64,000 nt of DNA, from assembly GCA_963796965.1 (NCBI GenBank), contig CAWCNS010000005.1, forward strand, positions 640,001 to 704,000. Direction: 5' to 3'. Made by a program: the position numbers and the translations under genes. Position 1 is the stretch's first letter, and every line of letters begins with the position of its first letter. Under the pieces are notes generated by a model that saw only the letters and a program-made list of their open reading frames with translations, was not told where the DNA came from and ran no database searches. Positions 1 to 9,645 of the stretch are shown piece by piece. The DNA comes from Calditrichia bacterium. GTDB taxonomy: Bacteria > Calditrichota > Calditrichia > JAJRVZ01.

Positions 1-838
1 CTGCATCCAGATATTTTTTATAATAGCGATCATCAATTTCCCATGGGGCATGGATCGCGTAATGGGACATGTAAAGGTAAAAAGGTTTTTCCATGGCAAC
101 GGCTTCTTCAACAGCGTCAATGGCTTCAATCGTTAACGCTTCCGTAAGAAAAATATCCTTGCCATGGTATTTTTCCAATCCGGGAACATCCCAGATAAGA
201 TCGGCATTACGCCAGGCGGCGCTAAAATTATTCTTGCCAAGATAACTACCCGGACCACCCGGCGCATGTCCGGCAATATTCACATCAAATCCCAGGTTTA
301 AGGGATTTTCTCCTGGTGTACCTTTTGATCCAAAATGGGCTTTACCCACATGAATGGTCCGATAACCGGATTTTCTTAAGATATTTGGAAGGGTTTCAAC
401 CACGATGGTTTTTTCAGTTCCGGGAATTTGGCTCATACCATTAAGATTCCAGGCAGGTGGCTGAATTATCGGATCCTCCCAATCCGGGGATTTGTCTTTG
501 CGGAGGGTCCAGTTGGTTACTTTATGCCGGGCTGCATTTAAACCCGTCATCAAACTGATACGAGAAGGAGAACATAGAGCACAAGCATAGGCCTGGGTAA
601 ATTTAACACCCTGACGGGCCAGGTTTTCCATATTAGGTGTATGATAAACTCTATTCAATTCTGTGGTATCCTTATAGAAAGGAACCGAGGTATCCTGCCA
701 GCCCATATCATCAATAAAAAAGAATATGATGTTTGGCTGCTCTTCCTTAGCCGTACTACATGAACTAAAAACGGCAACAATGCCTAATATTGATAATACA
801 ATTCCTATGGATCTTATTATTTCATATTTTGAATTCAT
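1..838 (-). CDS. Sulfatase (S1 family, Cys-type), probable lipoprotein; runs off the window edge
   Basis: Not in the ORF track; translated by hand from ATG at 838 (GGGGA RBS upstream): MNSKYEIIRSIGIVLSILGIVAVFSSC...PNIIFFFIDDMGWQD...AYACALCSPSRISLMTG, with the CxPxR motif and a later GKAHFG motif. Confidence 0.9.
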   Translation of the reverse strand, partial: MNSKYEIIRSIGIVLSILGIVAVFSSCSTAKEEQPNIIFFFIDDMGWQDTSVPFYKDTTELNRVYHTPNMENLARQGVKFTQAYACALCSPSRISLMTGLNAARHKVTNWTLRKDKSPDWEDPIIQPPAWNLNGMSQIPGTEKTIVVETLPNILRKSGYRTIHVGKAHFGSKGTPGENPLNLGFDVNIAGHAPGGPGSYLGKNNFSAAWRNADLIWDVPGLEKYHGKDIFLTEALTIEAIDAVEEAVAMEKPFYLYMSHYAIHAPWEIDDRYYKKYLDA

Positions 839-954
839 TAAAATCCCCTAACAGACCAGTTGACACATTTAAATAACCACAGGCAGCCTACGGTTCACCC
901 AATGGATGAACGACAGCCTCAATCCATTCAAATTTACTTAGATATAAAAGTTGA

Positions 955-1078
955 TTAACCACAGCGTCTCACAGAGGAACGCAGAGGAACACAGAACTAT
1001 ATAAATGAGAATTAGGATATTCAATCAAATTGATTATTTCAAAAATCTGCAAAATACTCTGTGTAACTCTGTGGTTAA
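955..1078. repeat. CACAGAG-family inverted repeat unit with AT-rich spacer
   Basis: TTAACCACAG (955-964) / CTGTGGTTAA (1069-1078) perfect IR plus internal CACAGAG-like repeats. Confidence 0.75.
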
Positions 1079-1179
1079 AAATCTATATTGCTACAAATAT
1101 CAAACCCCTAAATTATGGGAATAAATTCTTAAATAATTAGTGCAATTAGTCAAAATTCGTGAAATTCGTGGATATTTTT

Positions 1180-3114
1180 TCACCGTTTATTAAAACGGCG
1201 GTTCATTTTGTGTTCGCCATTTATATAAATCTCCATCACATACCGGCCTTTTTCCAGATGTCTTACATCCATACCTGTTTTAGAATCTTTAAGATTGGTG
1301 TATTCATGTTGCTCAATGTATTCACCATCTTTGGTGATTCGGACCTTGAGCGTTGACATCTTATTGGTGGTTGTATAAATGGTAAGATAATCGCTCACCA
1401 TTCTTGGGAAAATATTTACGGAAAGTTGTACCACCGTTGTATCAACCACAGCGTCATCATCGCACCGAAAACTATAAAATTGCTCACTTCCACAATCACT
1501 TTCAAAAAGATGGATGATGTTTCCCTCTACGTCTTTTAGGCGCAATCGTCCATAGCCGGATTTCGGCTGGAACCAAAACTCAAGTCCATCACCGGCTGTA
1601 TCAGTCAACATGATGAAATAGTTTCCTTCATCAAGTGTGAGGGTGTCTGAATAATTTGTTGCCGGATCCAACATTTCGGGTGATTTCATATATACCGTAT
1701 CATTGGCACTATTCACTAAATAGAGAGAATTTTGCTCTGGTTGGTTATTGGTTAAAAAGTCAACAACAATTTTCGAAGGTATGGTAGGAATATCATAAAA
1801 TTGTGATTCCATTCTATTATCAGCACTCCATTCATCTTCTTCTCCGTTTGGTTCAGACAAAGTCACTGAGAATGTATTTAATCCAGAACTTGCCAGGACC
1901 TCTCCCGGGAGTGTAATAATGGCCTCCTCATAAAACACCAGGTAACCTTCCCAATCAAAGCTGTTCTCTTCAAAGCCTACGGTTTTATACGTTATGGTTA
2001 AAGATTTCAGAGGTTCTTTTCCCAAATTCCTGATTTTAATTACCGGGTTAAATCCAGTGGGATTAAAGCGGTTAAAATTATCCACTTTATTCGGAGCAAT
2101 AATTTCTTCGATTGCAACATCGTTCAGGTGAACAGGTTCCGAATATTGAAAAAAGTAAGCTGTAATCACTTCTCTTGGCTGATTGATATTATTTGCCGTA
2201 AAAGGTTCCATTCGAAGATCAATGCTATGTTTTGGTTTGGTGAGCGGAATATCAATAATATCCGGGACTTGCAAATCCCCGGGACACCAATAACCCCGAT
2301 CAAAAATCCATGTACCACCCTGGGGGTAAAGGGGATTATCGCCGCATTCCTTCCATATATCACGTTGATCAATAACCTGATCATCAAAAATCACTTCACG
2401 CCATCTGCTGCAAAACTCGCTGCAACCATTGGGGCGATCCATGCCATGTCCGGTATGCTGAATACGCAACCGCCCAAAAGAGCTACCCTCTGCTTTATCG
2501 ATCTCTTTTTCTGCCAAACTAATTTCGATGTCATTTTCAGGGTTTCCATATTGAAAACTACCCTCCCATAATTTTTCAAATGATAAGAATTTGGCAACGG
2601 GTGGGCCAATTTCAATTTGAAAATCGATGGTCAGATCCCAGCCCAATTCCGGAGACTCATATCCAGAATGCATGTATTCTATTTCCACACTGTCGCGCAA
2701 AAAGGGCTGAAAATCAGTAACATCAACTTTCCATGTAAAACGCCAGCCTTCTTTAAAGTTACTGCCATATGGCGTCAACATTCTTCCAATCTCTAAATCC
2801 AAATTTTTTCCATCAACACCTCCTTTACGAAGGATTTTTATACGGTCCATATAATCCCAATGGGCAATTGCCCTGTCTTCGGGATGTGCTAATGTAACAT
2901 TCATGGTGATACGCCTGATTTCCGAATTTTCAGCCGGGAAAACACCCCATTCTTTAAAACTTTTCTCACCCTTCTTCGGATTGGTAAAAATAGTTACTTT
3001 ATCATGGGTAATAATTCTGGCATTGGATGCTTGCGATATAGCAGTATTAATCAGGAGGAAGAAAATGATAAAAACCGTTAAATATTTAATATGTTTTTTT
3101 GTGTTCGTATTCAC
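1180..3114 (-). CDS. Peptide-N-glycosidase F family protein with C-terminal Ig/CARDB-like region and sorting-domain-like tail
   Basis: Signal peptide; EIGRMLTPYG, HTGHG..CSEFC and GYWCPG motifs typical of PNGase F domains; C-terminus resembles a T9SS type A CTD. Confidence 0.75.
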   Translation of the reverse strand: MNTNTKKHIKYLTVFIIFFLLINTAISQASNARIITHDKVTIFTNPKKGEKSFKEWGVFPAENSEIRRITMNVTLAHPEDRAIAHWDYMDRIKILRKGGVDGKNLDLEIGRMLTPYGSNFKEGWRFTWKVDVTDFQPFLRDSVEIEYMHSGYESPELGWDLTIDFQIEIGPPVAKFLSFEKLWEGSFQYGNPENDIEISLAEKEIDKAEGSSFGRLRIQHTGHGMDRPNGCSEFCSRWREVIFDDQVIDQRDIWKECGDNPLYPQGGTWIFDRGYWCPGDLQVPDIIDIPLTKPKHSIDLRMEPFTANNINQPREVITAYFFQYSEPVHLNDVAIEEIIAPNKVDNFNRFNPTGFNPVIKIRNLGKEPLKSLTITYKTVGFEENSFDWEGYLVFYEEAIITLPGEVLASSGLNTFSVTLSEPNGEEDEWSADNRMESQFYDIPTIPSKIVVDFLTNNQPEQNSLYLVNSANDTVYMKSPEMLDPATNYSDTLTLDEGNYFIMLTDTAGDGLEFWFQPKSGYGRLRLKDVEGNIIHLFESDCGSEQFYSFRCDDDAVVDTTVVQLSVNIFPRMVSDYLTIYTTTNKMSTLKVRITKDGEYIEQHEYTNLKDSKTGMDVRHLEKGRYVMEIYINGEHKMNRRFNKR

Positions 3115-3265
3115 GTTTGATCCTCTACGATAATTATTTAAATTCTATTTGATCCATCTGACAACTATTTCATCCACAAAACAACCAGGTTTCAGCTAGC
3201 ACGGATTTTGTGTTACCTGGGGAATAAACTACATTTTATTCATCTATCGAGAGATATCCTTTACT

Positions 3266-4501
3266 TCATTTTTTTATAATTAAAGGAATTTGGACATTAA
3301 AAGTAGAACCATCTTTTTTCCCACCAACACTCTCAACCGAACACGCACAATATAGCACCGTAGGATAACCTTCTTTGTTGATCAGTAATTGCGGGCGTTC
3401 AAGATTATTAACCTTGAGATGTTTGCCATTAGGAAACAATAATTCTTTTTTCATAAAGAGTGAATTTTCAGGCTGCTGCCAGTCTATACCGTTTGATGAG
3501 ACAAGCATCGCCAATCCTGGTTGAGCACCTGTAATCCTACCACTAAAATCCTTAAACGTCGCATAAAAGCGATTATGTTCTTTATGATACCAGACATAGG
3601 GATCCTCAGCACTTGCGATCTTGCCATCGTCTGTCCTGATATCAAATATAAATTCATCCATCGCAGAAAATGGCCCCAGGGGAGAATCACCAATGGCAAC
3701 ACCGTGAACACCGCGCCAATGCGGATCCCACAAATTACCTTTAAAATAGAGTAAATATTTCCCATCACCCGGACGGTATACCACCGAAGGATTTACTACA
3801 ATTAAATTATCGGGTTTGGGAGTTGTACCGGGAGGTGAGGGATTTACAACATTATCTACTTTAACTCTGGTTCGTGGAATCAATAACGGTTTGTCTGGGC
3901 GGTCAAAATTTCCATTTAACAAATCATCAAATGAGTCAAACTGTATAACCCCTAGTTTTTGATTCTGCTGAATGCGGTTACGTTTGCTTAAATTTTCTGC
4001 CGGCGAACCTTTTGACGGTATGCCCGGGTCGCTCGCCCCGGTGAAATAGAGATAGTACTTTCCATCAAATTCTTTGAGATGGGGATTATGCACGGACTGT
4101 GCATCCCAGGCAGTTGAATCTCCATCAAACAACCTGCCACGTAAAATTATTTTTTGAAATTTAAAATCTTTATCAGGATAATCTGAAACAGCATAGGCGA
4201 TTTTAGAACTAAGAAGCCAACCATCCTGAAAGGGGTCCAATTTCTCTCCGGATTCCCACAAGGAAAAAAGCATATGATATTTGCTATCATTGCCTTTAAT
4301 AACACTTCCCCCCCAAACAAAAAAATCATCCAACTGCAGGGTATTTGGGCTCTTAACAACCATTCTTCCCTCTTGTTGTGAATATTCCCCTTCTAATTCG
4401 TCCGCAGAAATGGAAATTGGGGTATTTATTTTTTCGGATCCCTGGTTACAAGCAATAAAACCAACGATCAGGAGAATCAATGTGTAAACACAACTTTTCA
4501 T
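3266..4501 (-). CDS. Beta-propeller glycoside hydrolase (GH43-like), lipoprotein
   Basis: VWGGSVIKG..KYHM, HNPHL, AEDPYVW and LERPQL motifs; lipobox FIAC; start moved to ATG 4501 to avoid overlap with the upstream gene. Confidence 0.7.
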   Translation of the reverse strand: MKSCVYTLILLIVGFIACNQGSEKINTPISISADELEGEYSQQEGRMVVKSPNTLQLDDFFVWGGSVIKGNDSKYHMLFSLWESGEKLDPFQDGWLLSSKIAYAVSDYPDKDFKFQKIILRGRLFDGDSTAWDAQSVHNPHLKEFDGKYYLYFTGASDPGIPSKGSPAENLSKRNRIQQNQKLGVIQFDSFDDLLNGNFDRPDKPLLIPRTRVKVDNVVNPSPPGTTPKPDNLIVVNPSVVYRPGDGKYLLYFKGNLWDPHWRGVHGVAIGDSPLGPFSAMDEFIFDIRTDDGKIASAEDPYVWYHKEHNRFYATFKDFSGRITGAQPGLAMLVSSNGIDWQQPENSLFMKKELLFPNGKHLKVNNLERPQLLINKEGYPTVLYCACSVESVGGKKDGSTFNVQIPLIIKK

Positions 4502-4511
4502 TCCATCACCA

Positions 4512-6236
4512 TTATTTATAAACACCAATTAATGTACCGGATACATTCCAGGCACTAAAACTCCCACCTTCTTTCTCTCCAATCGGGATGGCTATCTTAA
4601 AGGTATGAGGACCGGGGGAAAGATCGTTTAAAATGATATCTTCGGGGACTGTCAGCGTACCGGGACACCAGTTAGAACGGCTGAGATCTGAAGAAGATAA
4701 CCCATTACCAAAATTTCCCGAGGCCGGATTTAGAAGCCGATAAGTTGCGCAGTCGGTTCGCCAGGGTATAAAGGCATAAACACGTTCACCATCGACAAAG
4801 ATCTCATTTAATTTGGGATTAAATTCATCACCACCTCCCCAGCCACCGTGGCCGGTGCTGGTGTAGCGCAAGGTTAATGTTTCGAGACCCTCAGGGATAG
4901 TAACCGTAACTGTTAGAGAATCTTCATGAAACATGGTACCATAGTTCTGACCGGACATTTCCATAATATTCATGGTATTAAAAAGTGATTTTATCCAGGT
5001 CTTCTTTCCTTCACCCTGGCCAAAAGAAGGGTAAAATTTTAAATTCAGATCTACATAATGTCCCCCCTTTGCATAATTACCAATAAAGGTTCCAATCCAT
5101 ATATCTTTAGTGCCAGATGGCAACAATTCGGTAATATCTTGTCTGTACATGGCCGATTCTGCCCAGTCATATCCCTTTATCTTTACCTTTTCATTAAAAT
5201 GACCGACGCCAAAGGGCGTAAAAAACCGCATCAACTCAAGAGGAGGTTCATAATCATCAGCCAATGCAATACCCTGAAATCCCTTGCCGTGTTTATCCCT
5301 GTAAACCGGCACAGAATCGATCCCATTCCTGAAGGCATCCAGAAAAGACTTTTTTTCCTGCACTGGAATAATGAACAGGCTTCCCGAACGGTCATAGGCG
5401 TCCCCATTTGACCGGGTTTCAAGTTCGGCAAAAACACGCATCCCGGATTTGATCTCTGGTAAGGATACTTTTTTCAAAGCTACTGTGCCTTTTGAATATC
5501 TATAAGTAACATCTAACTTATCAGAATCCGGATTCACAATCTCATCACCAAAATTAAGGTGTACCTTTTCAAAGACGCTTATAGTCTGATATCTACTGTC
5601 AATCACCTGGCGTAAATAGGTTTCGGCATCTACCATTTGTCCATCGTTAATATTAAAATTCAATTCTTCATCTTTAACCGCCCTGAATTCAATATTACTG
5701 GCAAACACTTCATAGTCCTTGTTCCGCACCATTTTCAAGATGAGTCCTAAGCCAGGCGTAACGCTTATTCTTGGGGTACCCTTAAGTGTCAGATCATTGG
5801 TATACCAAACTTCGATCGTATTTGATTTAATCTTTACAACTGCTTTTTTACATGTATAGCCCAGAATATCCTCAGTTTCATCCAGCAAATCTACCTTATC
5901 ATATTCTGAGAATGATTTTTCAACAATAAACTTACTATCATCGGTGGTCAAAACCTGATAGGTAAGATTTTTAGTAAAATCAAGAAATTCTCTTTCACGC
6001 TGGCTGCCCCTTCTCTGGCGGCTAGATTCATAAGCAACAATGCCATTCTTATAAAGCATTTTAAGAGAAGCATTTTCCCTGACCTTGCCATTGTTTCTGT
6101 AGGAATAGGTAACCACTCCCTGATCTTGTATTTCTTGCCCAAAAGACTCTGAAGTAAAGAGAATTGAAGAGATAAAACCCACTAAAATCACTACGTATTT
6201 ACATTTGTCTACAGAGAATGCTTTAATGGTCGTCAT
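4512..6236 (-). CDS. PNGase F-II-type peptide-N-glycosidase (GLPGLI-like N-terminal domain plus PNGase F domains)
   Basis: ILGYTCKKA..EVWYT..GLGLILK in the N-terminal domain; NGDAYDRSGS, ELMRFFTPFGVG, TGHGGWGGGDEF and RSNWCPG in the catalytic part. Confidence 0.85.
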   Translation of the reverse strand: MTTIKAFSVDKCKYVVILVGFISSILFTSESFGQEIQDQGVVTYSYRNNGKVRENASLKMLYKNGIVAYESSRQRRGSQREREFLDFTKNLTYQVLTTDDSKFIVEKSFSEYDKVDLLDETEDILGYTCKKAVVKIKSNTIEVWYTNDLTLKGTPRISVTPGLGLILKMVRNKDYEVFASNIEFRAVKDEELNFNINDGQMVDAETYLRQVIDSRYQTISVFEKVHLNFGDEIVNPDSDKLDVTYRYSKGTVALKKVSLPEIKSGMRVFAELETRSNGDAYDRSGSLFIIPVQEKKSFLDAFRNGIDSVPVYRDKHGKGFQGIALADDYEPPLELMRFFTPFGVGHFNEKVKIKGYDWAESAMYRQDITELLPSGTKDIWIGTFIGNYAKGGHYVDLNLKFYPSFGQGEGKKTWIKSLFNTMNIMEMSGQNYGTMFHEDSLTVTVTIPEGLETLTLRYTSTGHGGWGGGDEFNPKLNEIFVDGERVYAFIPWRTDCATYRLLNPASGNFGNGLSSSDLSRSNWCPGTLTVPEDIILNDLSPGPHTFKIAIPIGEKEGGSFSAWNVSGTLIGVYK

Positions 6237-6406
6237 CGTATTCCTTTTTATATATTATTAAAATTATTGGGACAGGATCTATATAAGAGATATAAATAGA
6301 TGCCGAAATAAATTCGGCATGACAATTCGTCCTGCATCGCTTATATTTATTTTATTTCTGCGCCTCTGCTCCTCTGCGAGAGAAATAAAATAAATCCAGG
6401 CTTAAA

Positions 6407-7521
6407 CTAATATTCACATTCTCGTCCTGCTTCAGCATACCACTCCAACTTTTCAACCGGTGTTTCGAAGAAGTGATCTGACAAGGAACAAATGTATCCC
6501 CCGTTTTTCCCAACCGTTTCAAAGAGGTGGTGGACGGTGGATCTGATTAATTCCTGATCGCCATCGGTGAGTACATTATATTGATCAACACCGCCGATCA
6601 AAGCAATACGGTTATTGATCTTGTCAGCAAACTCCCAGGGCTCCTGATTTCCTCCCACAGAAGGCGGTGCCAGAGTTTCCGAAGCATCACAACCATTTTC
6701 TATGATCATTTCTTCAATTCCCAGGGTGCCGCCACAAGTATGATAGGTAATTTTAAAATCCAGATCATGCAAAGCATCATGCATTTTCTTATCATAGGGT
6801 AGACAAAACGCCTTATGTAGTTCTGGTGAAACTAAGGTTGAAGATGAGGAGCCTCCCCCGTTTCGACCAGATCGAATTTTGCACCTTTCATAGAGTCTAT
6901 AAACTGAAACTTTTTCTCCAGGAGGATCTGTAACAATTCATGCACCCAATCAGGTTTCTCGAAAGTGGCCAGAATTAAATCAGTAATATCGTACAAACAA
7001 GCGGCATGCTGCCAGCAGCCGGCCTGATCACCCCAGACAAAGCCACGTACAATACCATCATCCCCAACTTGATCATATCTTTTACTGAGTGGTTCCAAGT
7101 TTAATTTTGGTACGGGCATATACTTTTTTAATAGCTGGATATCCTCATCCTTTTTTATCAGGTAATCCGTTATCCAGGTGGTTTTCCTGTCACCGGCTGT
7201 ATTATAAGTTAGGATACCTTCTGGAGTTTCAATGGTATGGTGAACTTCACGGTTGTCAGGATTATTACTAATAATTTTAGCATTGTCGCGCCAATTTTCC
7301 GTTCGAAATTTTTCAAAATCAGCATTGGCAACCCAAAACTGGGCCATTTCTTCAAAGTATTGGATCTGGGCATCTAACCCTACTTTCTTACATGCTTCCA
7401 GATCACTCATTCCACCCATATATTTTTCAAGATGATAGCCTTGCCATTGATGAAGAGAAACAGGTAACCGATCTGCTTTCTCCCCATTTATAGCACACAA
7501 TAATCGTTCTTTTGATGTCAT
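6407..7521 (-). CDS. Uroporphyrinogen decarboxylase-like / MtaA-CmuA family protein (one frameshift)
   Basis: MTSKERLL..ADRLP start, YHTCG and ALIGGVDQ motifs; adding one G to the G5 run (C5 at 6855-6859) joins the two ORFs as ETGGGSSSSTLVSPELHKAFCLPYD. Confidence 0.8.
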
Positions 7522-7564
7522 TTTTTTCCCTAAAATAAAATTATAGACCCTTCTTAGTTAAATA

Positions 7565-7707
7565 TCTCACGCAGCGACGCAACGCCGCAGAGAAAATCAA
7601 TGAAATAATATACAATTTCTTAGATTCTTATACTCAAGTGGGTCATATTATATTTTGTACTTTATATTATATATTTATTCGTTGCGGCGTTGCGTCGCTG
7701 CGTGAGA
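7565..7707. repeat. CGCAGCGA-family inverted repeat unit
   Basis: Perfect 25-bp IR TCTCACGCAGCGACGCAACGCCGCA (7565-7589 / 7683-7707). Confidence 0.9.
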
Positions 7708-7728
7708 CAGACAAAAAGACAATCACAC

Positions 7729-9324
7729 TTAACCAAAAACGATATACAATCCCACCATGACGATAGATAATAGAGCAGCCAAAATTTTATAATTACCGAT
7801 GCCGCTCCAACCCTTCGTCTGCAAGGCCTCCAAAGGACTTTTCCAAACAAGCTTCTCACTTACAGAATTATGTTGATGTGGGTATAGATATGAGACAACA
7901 ACCAAAATAACCGAGCAGAGGACAAAGAGATAAAAAGTTACCATCATCGGTGGAACATTCCACCCGGTTGATTCCTTATACCAATCCAGCAGAAAGACAA
8001 CAAAACCTAACACAGAACCACTCATTAAAGTCATAATCGATGCCTTTGCTGATGCTTTATACCAGAACACCCCCCAAACAAATACAGCGGTGACCGGTGG
8101 CGCAATATAGCAAATAATCGCCACAACCCCCTGAAAGATACTCTCGAAATGTGAAATCAGAGGGGACCATACGATGGCCAATATCATAGCTATAAAAGTG
8201 ACGATTCGGCCGATTACAACCAGTTTATGGTCAGGTGTTTCTGGTCTCCAGCGCAGATAGAGATCATAACTGAACAAGGTGGCAATTGAATTTAAGGCGC
8301 CCGATACGGTACTCATCAAAGCCGCCAGAAGTGCTGCTGCCATGACACCGGTCAGACCAGCAGGAAGCAAATGGACAATCATAAACGCATAAGCGTCTTT
8401 GGAATCCTGCAAAGCAGTCAATTGCCCCTGGTTCACAAGGGCAAGACAGATGGTCCCGGGGAGCACAAAAATAAAAACAGGTAAGATTTTTATAAAACCG
8501 GCAAATAAGGGTCCTATGCGGGCATGGTTCTCATCTTTTGCCCCCAAGACCCTTTGAACAATGGTTTGATCGGCACACCAATACCATAACCCAATAATCG
8601 GATAACCCAAAAATATTGAATACCAGGATAATCCTGATGGATCATCTGCAGAGCGTAATACAGTTAATTTCACAGGATCAACGGCAGCTTTTATGCCTTC
8701 CCAACCACCGACCTGCATAAATCCAACAACTGTTATAATGACTGCTCCAATGATGAGAATGATAGTTTGAATTGATTCTGTTATGACAACAGCTTTAAGA
8801 CCGCCAATAATTGTATAAATTCCGGTTAAAACCGCAGCAACGACAATACTGGTCATGATAGGAATTCCAAATAGACCCTCGAGTACGACTGCTCCAGTAT
8901 AAAGAGTAAATCCGATATGTATAAATATGGCTGAGATGATAGAAAGTCCGGCCAGCCAATCACGGCTGCTTCGGCTGTAGCGTTGTTCTAAAAAATCCGG
9001 CAAGGTTGCCACGCGGGAACGATAATAAAATGGAGCAAAAAACAATGAAAGTGCAATCAATGTGAAGGCTGCCATCCATTCAAAATTTCCATAGGCGAGG
9101 CCATTTTGATAGCCTTCTTGAGCAAGACTCACCAGGTGTGTGGTTGAAATATTTGTTGAGAAGAGAGCGAGGCCAATCAAAGGCCAGGTTAATGAACCAC
9201 CAGCTAAAAAATAATTCTTACCCTCAGTGCCTTTTCGATTTCGTAATCCAGCCCAGGACCCTATCAAAACGATAGCAACCAGATAAATCACAATGACAGC
9301 AATATCTAACGATTCAATTTGCAT
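7729..9324 (-). CDS. Sodium:solute symporter (SSS/SLC5 family), probable sugar transporter
   Basis: YFLAGGSL, WYWCADQTIVQRVLGAK and AALLAALMSTVSGALNS motifs; many TM helices. Confidence 0.92.
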   Translation of the reverse strand: MQIESLDIAVIVIYLVAIVLIGSWAGLRNRKGTEGKNYFLAGGSLTWPLIGLALFSTNISTTHLVSLAQEGYQNGLAYGNFEWMAAFTLIALSLFFAPFYYRSRVATLPDFLEQRYSRSSRDWLAGLSIISAIFIHIGFTLYTGAVVLEGLFGIPIMTSIVVAAVLTGIYTIIGGLKAVVITESIQTIILIIGAVIITVVGFMQVGGWEGIKAAVDPVKLTVLRSADDPSGLSWYSIFLGYPIIGLWYWCADQTIVQRVLGAKDENHARIGPLFAGFIKILPVFIFVLPGTICLALVNQGQLTALQDSKDAYAFMIVHLLPAGLTGVMAAALLAALMSTVSGALNSIATLFSYDLYLRWRPETPDHKLVVIGRIVTFIAMILAIVWSPLISHFESIFQGVVAIICYIAPPVTAVFVWGVFWYKASAKASIMTLMSGSVLGFVVFLLDWYKESTGWNVPPMMVTFYLFVLCSVILVVVSYLYPHQHNSVSEKLVWKSPLEALQTKGWSGIGNYKILAALLSIVMVGLYIVFG

Positions 9325-9570
9325 GGGTAATCCAAAAGTTTAATGTGCCATCAACGTCCGGTGCTTCTAAATAATTATCATTATTGCAAAGGTTAGTTTC
9401 TTTTGCAGAAATACTTTCTCAATATACATATTTTTCCCCTTTTTATAAACAGGTATTTAAGTCTTTATGTAGAAAGTTTTACTTATACATTACTGCGAGT
9501 ACCATTTTACCATAATCATAAACTATAAACCATTACGCACTTTAGTTCCGATATAGATGTCGCACAAACT

Positions 9571-9627
9571 GTAACGGCGCGATTTAGAGGCTGTGTTTCT
9601 ACACAGCCTCTATAATCGCGCCGTTAC
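9571..9627. repeat. Long compound palindrome (REP-like) just 3' of the GH95 gene
   Basis: 14-bp outer and 12-bp inner perfect stems with one bulge. Confidence 0.85.
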
Positions 9628-9645
9628 CGACACCACCCTCAATGA

